DNA of 64,000 bases, taken from Bacteroidota bacterium. GTDB taxonomy: Bacteria > Bacteroidota > Bacteroidia > Flavobacteriales > Flavobacteriaceae. Numbering within the stretch: the first letter of the stretch is position 1; every line of letters starts with the position of its first letter. The notes under the pieces are model-generated. The model was given only the letters and a program-made list of their open reading frames with translations. It was not told the DNA's origin and did no database searches. The DNA is taken from contig JBCDHD010000020.1 in NCBI GenBank assembly GCA_038750505.1, forward strand, positions 3,534 through 67,533, written 5' to 3'. The translations under genes and the position numbers were made by a program. This document shows, piece by piece, positions 57,563 to 64,000 of the stretch.

Positions 57563-57952
57563 ATGTATAGACTTGTTCTCTTTTTTGCTCTGACCGTTGG
57601 TCAATTGATATTTAGTCAATCAACCGGTTCCGTCTATGGAAAAATTACGGATGGTACTGCTCCTGGGGAACCTTTGCTTTTCACTACGGTTAGCTTAAAG
57701 GACACCCCTATTACAGCGCAGACCAATTTTCATGGTAATTTTGAGATAACGGGTTTAGAACCTGGTTTGTATTATCTTGAAATCACCTATTTAGGTTACG
57801 AACCCAAGGAGGTAGCGATACAAGTGAAATCAGGCGAGGTTGCGCTTGTAGAAGCGTCCCTACAAGCTATGTCAACGAATACGGAAAACTTAGTATTGTC
57901 GGAGGCTACCACTACAGCGATCAAAACGGTCGATCAAACGGTAAGGCACTGA
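57563..57952 (+). CDS. carboxypeptidase-regulatory-like domain protein
   Basis: Signal peptide, then GSVYGKITDG...GNFEITGLEPGLYYLEITYLGYEPKE. Confidence 0.7.
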   Translation: MYRLVLFFALTVGQLIFSQSTGSVYGKITDGTAPGEPLLFTTVSLKDTPITAQTNFHGNFEITGLEPGLYYLEITYLGYEPKEVAIQVKSGEVALVEASLQAMSTNTENLVLSEATTTAIKTVDQTVRH

Positions 57953-58085
57953 GAAAAGACTTCCCTTTTCCTTAGGAATACGCAGGGGCTATTTCTTCAA
58001 TTGAGACGTACATCTCTTTTCATAACTTTATTTTAACATCTCAAAGGAATTATAGTAGCATTTTTGCGTACTTTGAAAAGCTGAT

Positions 58086-60374
58086 ATGGGCGAGAATATT
58101 TACATTTTTATGGTCGTTGCTTTGGCCATTTTGGCTATCACAGATTTGGTGGTCGGGGTGAGTAATGATGCTGTTAACTTCTTGAATTCTGCCATTGGTT
58201 CAAAGGCCATCTCGTTCAGAACAATTATGATCGTAGCCAGTTTAGGTATTGCCTTTGGTGCAATTTCCTCAAGCGGTATGATGGAGGTGGCTCGAAAAGG
58301 TATTTTCAATCCTACCGAATTCGTTTTTGCCGAGATCATGATCATATTCATGGCGGTCATGATAACCGATATTCTCTTACTTGATTTTTTTAATACCTTG
58401 GGTATGCCCACCTCAACAACCGTATCCATCGTTTTCGAGCTTTTGGGAGCGGCTGTAGCGGTTTCTTTACTAAAGATCATTGCAGTAGACGGGTCATTTT
58501 CTGATCTTGGTGCGTATATCAATACCGAAAAAGCCACCGAAATCATATTTGGTATATTACTTTCAGTATTCATTGCCTTTACCATAGGGGCCCTAGTGCA
58601 ATACGTTTCCAGAGTTCTTATCTCTTTTAAGTTCGAAAAAAGACCCAAATGGGTTGAAGCTATTTTTGGTGGTGTTGCCATAACCGCTATTATCTATTTT
58701 ATCTTGGTTAAAGGCCTAAAAAGTGCAGCAATTTTTGATGCGTCGTTTATAGCATTCATTTATGAATCCACTGAACTCTTCTTATTGGGTAATCTGGTTA
58801 TCTGGACGTTGATCTCGTGGATTTTTGCCACCTTCCTGGCATGGAACGTTTACCGTGTTATTATCGTTTTAGGCACTTTTGCACTAGCAATGGCTTTTGC
58901 CGGGAACGATTTGGTCAATTTTATTGGTGTACCCATAGCTGCCCTTCAATCATTTCAAGATTGGCAAAGTTCCGGAATAGTAGCGTCCGAATTCAATATG
59001 AAAGGGTTAACTGCAGCCGTGCAAACCCCCACTCTGCTGCTTTTGGCCTCCGGTGCAATTATGGTGATTACCCTTTGGTTTTCATCTAAGGCGAAAAGCG
59101 TAGTGAAAACCAGTGTGGATTTGGCAAGGCAAGATGAGGGAGAGGAACGCTTTCAACCCAACTATTTGTCGCGTCAGATCGTAAAATTTAGTGTTACCGC
59201 ATTTGAAAATGTATCGGCAATTCTTCCGCCTTCCATAAGCAAACGCATTGACCGTCAATTTGAAGCGCCTTACACCTATGTACCAAAAAGCAAGGTTCAG
59301 GATCAACCAGCGTTCGATATGGTGCGTGCGGCTGTAAACCTTATGGTTGCCAGTGTATTGATTTCCATCGCAACTTCTATGAAACTACCCCTTTCCACTA
59401 CCTATGTCACATTCATGGTTGCAATGGGTACTTCACTCGCAGATCGTGCCTGGGGAGCTGAAAGTGCTGTGTATCGTGTTGCAGGAGTACTCAATGTTAT
59501 TGGCGGTTGGTTCTTTACTGCTTTTTCGGCTTTTACTGCAGCGGCGATCATTGCTTATATCTTACATATTGGTGGTTTGGCCGCTGTTATTATTTTATTG
59601 CTCGTTGCCGCAGCACTATTGTTGCGCAACTATATGGCGCATAATAAAAAAACCAAGGTGATCAAAGCTGAGGATAGTTTGCGGAGAGCAGAAAGTAGCT
59701 CCATTCAAGGGGTCATCGAAGAGAGTGCCGACAATATTGGCAATATGATCAAACGTACCAATAAAATTTATACGGGTGCCATTAACGGTTTGGCAAGACA
59801 TGATTTGGATTCGTTGAAGAAGAACAATAAGGGCGTCACTAAAATTTCAAAAGAGCTGGAAGATCTTCAAAACAATATCTTCTACTTCATTAAAAATCTG
59901 GATGAATCTAGTGTTGGCGGTGCCAGTAATTTCTATATTACATTATTAGATCACCTTCAGGATTTGGACCAGTCGTTGGAGCTGATCACCAAAATTGGAT
60001 TCACCCATGTAAACAACAACCACAAAAAACTGAAGTACAATCAAATTAAAGAATTAAAAGACCTTGATATCCATTTGGCAAAATTATTTGACGATGCTAC
60101 TGATATTTTTCAAAATAGAACCTTCGAAAGAATAGGGGGAGTACTTTCTACTAAAAATACGTATATGGACTTGGTGAATACCAAGATTGAGAAGCAAGTT
60201 GCACGAACCCGAACCGAAGAATCAAGTCCAAAAAACACGCGGCTCTATTTTACTTTGCTCACAGAGAGCCGTGATATGATCAAAGCAACAATGGACTTGT
60301 TGGAACTTTACTTTTTAGAACACGATAGCTCGGTGGAACCAGCTCGCATTGAAAATAAACCGCCTCTTTTATGA
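58086..60374 (+). CDS. PiT-family inorganic phosphate transporter with long C-terminal helical (PhoU-like) domain
   Basis: GVSNDAVNFLNSAIGSKA and GNDLVNFIGVPIAA are the duplicated PHO4 motifs. About 240 aa of soluble helical tail. Confidence 0.9.
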   Translation: MGENIYIFMVVALAILAITDLVVGVSNDAVNFLNSAIGSKAISFRTIMIVASLGIAFGAISSSGMMEVARKGIFNPTEFVFAEIMIIFMAVMITDILLLDFFNTLGMPTSTTVSIVFELLGAAVAVSLLKIIAVDGSFSDLGAYINTEKATEIIFGILLSVFIAFTIGALVQYVSRVLISFKFEKRPKWVEAIFGGVAITAIIYFILVKGLKSAAIFDASFIAFIYESTELFLLGNLVIWTLISWIFATFLAWNVYRVIIVLGTFALAMAFAGNDLVNFIGVPIAALQSFQDWQSSGIVASEFNMKGLTAAVQTPTLLLLASGAIMVITLWFSSKAKSVVKTSVDLARQDEGEERFQPNYLSRQIVKFSVTAFENVSAILPPSISKRIDRQFEAPYTYVPKSKVQDQPAFDMVRAAVNLMVASVLISIATSMKLPLSTTYVTFMVAMGTSLADRAWGAESAVYRVAGVLNVIGGWFFTAFSAFTAAAIIAYILHIGGLAAVIILLLVAAALLLRNYMAHNKKTKVIKAEDSLRRAESSSIQGVIEESADNIGNMIKRTNKIYTGAINGLARHDLDSLKKNNKGVTKISKELEDLQNNIFYFIKNLDESSVGGASNFYITLLDHLQDLDQSLELITKIGFTHVNNNHKKLKYNQIKELKDLDIHLAKLFDDATDIFQNRTFERIGGVLSTKNTYMDLVNTKIEKQVARTRTEESSPKNTRLYFTLLTESRDMIKATMDLLELYFLEHDSSVEPARIENKPPLL

Positions 60375-61084
60375 AACATTTCGCTTTTATCCTACTATTT
60401 CTAGTGAGCAACATCAATTTTGCACAAGAATTATCAGCTACATCGGTGCTGGATAAGGCCATAGCGTTTCATGACCCGGAGGGAAATTGGGGTAAGCTTA
60501 AGGAAAAACTATTCATCACAATGAACTACCCTGATGGGAGAGAAAGGGTTAGTGAGATTGAAGTCGATATGCCAAAGGACTTCTTCAGGTTGGCTTTTAA
60601 TAGTGGTGACGTACCCATAGAGCATACTTTAGATAAAGGTGAGTGTACTTTAAAATTAAATGGAAGTACAGATATATCAGAAGAAGTTAAAAAAGAGTAC
60701 AGGTTAACCTGCGACCGGGCTCGGATGATGAAGGACTATTATCTCTACTTATACGGACTGCCAATGAAGCTAAAGGACAAGGGAACCAACCTGGACCCAA
60801 CGGTAATAACCAAAAACTTTAAGGGGAAAGCGTACAACGTCCTAAAGGTTACCTATGATGCTGAGGTAGGTGATGATATTTGGTATTTCTATTTTGACCC
60901 TACCACCTATGCAATGGAGGTCTATCAGTTTTTCCATGACGAGTCGAAGAATGATGGAGAGTACATTTTACTCAAAGAAATGGAAGAGGTAAACGGAATA
61001 AAAATGCCCAAGATTCGGGAATGGTACTACAACAAAGATAATAAGCATTTGGGAACAGATGTTTTACAATCTCGAGAACAATAA
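60371..61084 (+). CDS. hypothetical secreted protein
   Basis: Signal peptide MKHFAFILLFLVSNINFAQ. ATGA overlap with the PiT stop. Confidence 0.65.
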   Translation: MKHFAFILLFLVSNINFAQELSATSVLDKAIAFHDPEGNWGKLKEKLFITMNYPDGRERVSEIEVDMPKDFFRLAFNSGDVPIEHTLDKGECTLKLNGSTDISEEVKKEYRLTCDRARMMKDYYLYLYGLPMKLKDKGTNLDPTVITKNFKGKAYNVLKVTYDAEVGDDIWYFYFDPTTYAMEVYQFFHDESKNDGEYILLKEMEEVNGIKMPKIREWYYNKDNKHLGTDVLQSREQ

Positions 61085-61101
61085 ATTGTTAGTCCCGACT
61101 T

Positions 61102-61686
61102 TTAACGATAGAAATTCATTTCGTCCATATATCGCCAAACCGCATCTGGTAGCATAGCGCGTATATTCTTCCCCGCTCTGTGTTGTTTCCGTATAAAAGT
61201 AGAAGAAATCTCCATAATAGGAGCATCTATCCGATGGATCTTCGGATGTCCCTGAAATTGATGATCCAATGCTCCGGACGAAATTCTCGGATAACAATAC
61301 ATACTGTAGTTTTCTAAAATGGCCTCATAGTTTTTCCACTTGTGAAAACGCTTTAGGTTATCTTCTCCCATGAGTAAAGAGAACTGAAAATTCCCTCCAT
61401 AGCGCTCTTCCAAATGTACCAGCGTGGTTATCGTGTAATTAGGCTGCGGCAGATCAAACTCAATTTTACTGGCTTTTAATTTCGGGTAGTCCTTGATGGC
61501 TTCAAATACCATGTGGTAGCGATGGTAATTGTCCAGTAAGGATTGTTTTTGTTTAAATGGGCTTTTGGGCGTGATAATCAACCATACCTCATCCAGATCA
61601 GAGAACTCCACCATATGATTGGCAATTACTAAGTGACCAATATGGATAGGATTAAAGGTGCCAAAAAACAAACCTACTTTTTTCAT
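61102..61686 (-). CDS. nadD: nicotinate-nucleotide adenylyltransferase
   Basis: GTFNPIHIGH nucleotidyltransferase motif and ISSTFIR. Confidence 0.9.
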   Translation of the reverse strand: MKKVGLFFGTFNPIHIGHLVIANHMVEFSDLDEVWLIITPKSPFKQKQSLLDNYHRYHMVFEAIKDYPKLKASKIEFDLPQPNYTITTLVHLEERYGGNFQFSLLMGEDNLKRFHKWKNYEAILENYSMYCYPRISSGALDHQFQGHPKIHRIDAPIMEISSTFIRKQHRAGKNIRAMLPDAVWRYMDEMNFYR

Positions 61687-62276
61687 TCCTCTTCTTCTCC
61701 GGTGACGCCCACAAAATCTGTAACCAGTTGATGTGCTTCTTTCAAAGCAACCTCCAAATCATAATTCTTGATCACCTTATCAAATTGAGGTGCGGTGGCT
61801 AGCTCTACCGAAGCTTTGGCAATACGCATATTGATCTTATCATCACTTTCCGTACTTCGCTTTTTAAGTCGAATCTTGAGCTCATCAACACTAGGAGGTT
61901 TCACAAATACGGCTAGGGTCTCTTTGGGGAATTTTCGCTTTATGCGTAAGCCTCCCGCTACATCAATGTCAAAAATTACATTTTTCCCTTCCCCCCAAAG
62001 TCGTTCTACTTCGCTTTTTAATGTGCCATAAAAGCTATCCCGATACACCTCTTCCCACTCCAGGAAATCCCCTTTTTTAATATGTTGTTTAAATTCTGGA
62101 GTGGTCATGAAATAGTAATGCACCCCGTGCTTTTCCTTATCCCTTCTGGGTCGGGAAGTTGCAGAAATAGAAAACGCCAGGTTGAGTTCCGGCTGTTCTA
62201 AAAGATAACGAACTATGGTAGTTTTACCACTACCCGAGGGTGCTGAAAAAAGAATGAGTTTTCCTCCTTTGCTCAT
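61683..62276 (-). CDS. gmk: guanylate kinase
   Basis: SAPSGSGKTT P-loop, with ..SATSRPRR..E..G..Y.F. Confidence 0.95.
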   Translation of the reverse strand: MSKGGKLILFSAPSGSGKTTIVRYLLEQPELNLAFSISATSRPRRDKEKHGVHYYFMTTPEFKQHIKKGDFLEWEEVYRDSFYGTLKSEVERLWGEGKNVIFDIDVAGGLRIKRKFPKETLAVFVKPPSVDELKIRLKKRSTESDDKINMRIAKASVELATAPQFDKVIKNYDLEVALKEAHQLVTDFVGVTGEEEE

Positions 62277-63130
62277 AGGACGTTAAGCAGTTGTTCTTTA
62301 ATTTTTTCTAACTCATCTTTCATTTGTACCACTAGTTGCTGCATGGGAGCAAAATTGGCTTTTGATCCAATGGTATTGATCTCACGGCCTATTTCCTGAC
62401 TAATAAAACCCAGTTTCTTTCCATTAGATTCCCCACTGTTGAGTGTAGCTTCAAAATAATCCAGATGATTTTTCAAGCGTACTTTCTCCTCCGTAATATC
62501 ATACTTCTCCAAATAATAAATAAGTTCCTGTTCAAATCGATTCGTATCTACGGTTACCTGTAACTCATTCAGTGCCTTTTCCAGCTTTTCACGAACATTT
62601 TCAACACGCTCCGCATCCATTTCGGTTACCTGTTGTAGCAGTGCTCTTAATAATTTCAAGCGAAGTTTGAAATCCTGATCCAGCACCTTTCCTTCCTCTT
62701 CCCGAAACCGTACTAATGCTGCTAGGGCCTGTTGAAGCCCAGTTTTGATGGCCAGGTATTCCGCATCATCCAATTCATCCTTATCCGTTTTAAGCGTATC
62801 CGGGAGGCGAAGGGCAAGCTCAAGCAACTTAACAGCGTCACCATCGGCAATTTTTCCAAGCTGTTCCATATAGCGCTTTACGACGCCCTCATTAATTTCA
62901 GCAGAGGTTTCTTCCCCTGTTATCTCAACATACAACCCAAAATCCACCTTCCCACGAACCAAACGTTGCGCCAAAAGTTTCCGAAATTCTAATTCTTTTT
63001 CCCGATAGCCTTGAGGAATTCTGGTATTGATATCCAGGTTTTTACTATTAAGTGACTTCAGTTCTATAGTAATTTTTTTTGTGGAAAGCTGAATGCTCTG
63101 TTTGCCGTAGCCGGTCATGGATAGAATCAT
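62273..63130 (-). CDS. yicC: YicC-family protein
   Basis: MILSMTGYG start and a C-terminal ..EIGREINTIGSKA.. motif. Confidence 0.9.
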   Translation of the reverse strand: MILSMTGYGKQSIQLSTKKITIELKSLNSKNLDINTRIPQGYREKELEFRKLLAQRLVRGKVDFGLYVEITGEETSAEINEGVVKRYMEQLGKIADGDAVKLLELALRLPDTLKTDKDELDDAEYLAIKTGLQQALAALVRFREEEGKVLDQDFKLRLKLLRALLQQVTEMDAERVENVREKLEKALNELQVTVDTNRFEQELIYYLEKYDITEEKVRLKNHLDYFEATLNSGESNGKKLGFISQEIGREINTIGSKANFAPMQQLVVQMKDELEKIKEQLLNVL

Positions 63131-63212
63131 CGTGAAAATCTGATTTGGGCAAAGGTAGCGAAATCAGGATTCCAACTCTATAGACAGGGAATAGCAATAG
63201 TTCCTCCCGGAA

Positions 63213-64000
63213 TCAATCCAATTCTCTTACCCATATATTGCGATAGCTTACTCTGCTATTATCCCGATGATCCTGTAATCGGATAGGGGCTTTCCCGTGA
63301 GGCTCATTTTTGGGCCATCCAATGTATTCTGTTGTGCCTTGTATCTCAAAATGATCCTGTATCAAAACACCATTGTGTAGCACAGAAATGGTGGCTGATT
63401 TGGTTTTTATTCCAGCAGCATCAAATTCAGGAGCATGGTAGATAATATCGTAGGAATTCCACTTGCCCGAGGGTTTTGAAGCCATGGCATAAGGCACGGA
63501 TTGTTTGTAGATCGCTCCAACCTGCCCATTTACATAGGTTTTATTGTCGTTATTGTCCAAAATTTGTACTTCATATCTATTCTGTAAGAACACCCCACTA
63601 TTGCCCCTGCTTTGACTTTTCCCCTTAATTTCGGATGGCGAACGCCATTCCAGATGCAACTGTACATTTTCGAAATTTCGTCTGGTCTGGATGTCCCCGG
63701 TTTTGTCTTTCACTGTCATACTGCCGTCGGGATTTAATGACCATTGTACCGCAGTACTATCTACGGTACTTATCCATTCATCAAAATCTTCTCCGTTAAA
63801 AAGAACGATCGCATCATCCGGTACTCCATTGGCATCAATAGTTACCTTGGGTGGGATTGGGGTATACAATTCTGTTTCCTCGGGCCGCGTTGGGCCTTCT
63901 TGCTGAGAGGATAATCCATCCCCTCCCAAATCATTTGCTTTTTCAGCCGAGGGTTTACAGCTTACAATGGTTGCTAGGATAGCAATAATATAAAGGGTTA
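63213..64000 (-). CDS. DUF1080 (3-keto-disaccharide hydrolase-like) lipoprotein, 5-prime end beyond the window
   Basis: NFENVQLHLEWRS...GNSGVFLQNRYEVQILD and IRLQDH...VSYRNIWVREL. The reading frame stays open upstream of Met 63929 (..IIAILATIVSCKPSAEK, lipobox) to the window edge. Confidence 0.8.
   Translation of the reverse strand, partial: TLYIIAILATIVSCKPSAEKANDLGGDGLSSQQEGPTRPEETELYTPIPPKVTIDANGVPDDAIVLFNGEDFDEWISTVDSTAVQWSLNPDGSMTVKDKTGDIQTRRNFENVQLHLEWRSPSEIKGKSQSRGNSGVFLQNRYEVQILDNNDNKTYVNGQVGAIYKQSVPYAMASKPSGKWNSYDIIYHAPEFDAAGIKTKSATISVLHNGVLIQDHFEIQGTTEYIGWPKNEPHGKAPIRLQDHRDNSRVSYRNIWVRELD

Noticed and set aside
58100-58681. Long antisense ORFs inside well-supported genes: 58100-58681, 21036-21545, 27402-27857, 38949-39347, 17183-17596, 23370-23783, 51100-51465, 12391-12678, 132-431 and many shorter ones in the track
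   Set aside because: They are shadow ORFs opposite genes with clear family motifs. They have low-complexity or odd composition and no motifs or plausible starts.

Overview
This window looks like a chromosomal segment from a marine Flavobacteriia/Bacteroidota genome. Supporting signs are TAnnTTTG-type -7 boxes with no Shine-Dalgarno before starts, a TonB-dependent receptor with a carboxypeptidase-regulatory N-domain, and DUF3078/DUF1080-type genes. GC is roughly 42-50% by hand spot counts. There are about 58 densely packed protein-coding genes. I found no rRNA, tRNA, CRISPR array, transposase, integrase or phage genes. Layout follows. 0-7 kb: an AraC-flanked locus with two paralogous flavin amine oxidases carrying Tat-like leaders, two secreted orphans and a C45/Ntn hydrolase; it includes a duplicated regulator-tail plus promoter module and a decayed AraC gene. 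7-15 kb: an oxidoreductase island flanked by HxlR, AraC and Crp regulators (NmrA-like, AKR, two SDRs, an NTF2x2-alpha/beta-hydrolase fusion, MFS); two of its promoters share a direct-repeat architecture. 15-20 kb: an NrtR-like regulator, a GPH symporter with an unusual periplasmic insert, and a GH94 phosphorylase. 25-31 kb: DtxR/MntR plus ZIP, divergent from a TonB receptor plus thioredoxin-fold protein, with an ASST-family lipoprotein. 31-41.5 kb: lycopene cyclase, polyprenyl synthase, an ECF sigma pair and a TetR-TolC-MFP-RND efflux operon. 43.9-48.5 kb is the most unusual part: an AT-rich two-gene orphan module wedged 4 bp from the aspS stop. It encodes a lipoprotein and a 1,244-aa protein with a signal peptide, about 900 aa of Lys/Glu-rich helical sequence and a C-terminal beta-barrel-like domain. 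48.8-64 kb is mostly housekeeping (ClC, csp, tadA, dxs, dgt, PiT, nadD, gmk, yicC). All family calls come from motif recognition by eye; no database search or structure prediction was possible.
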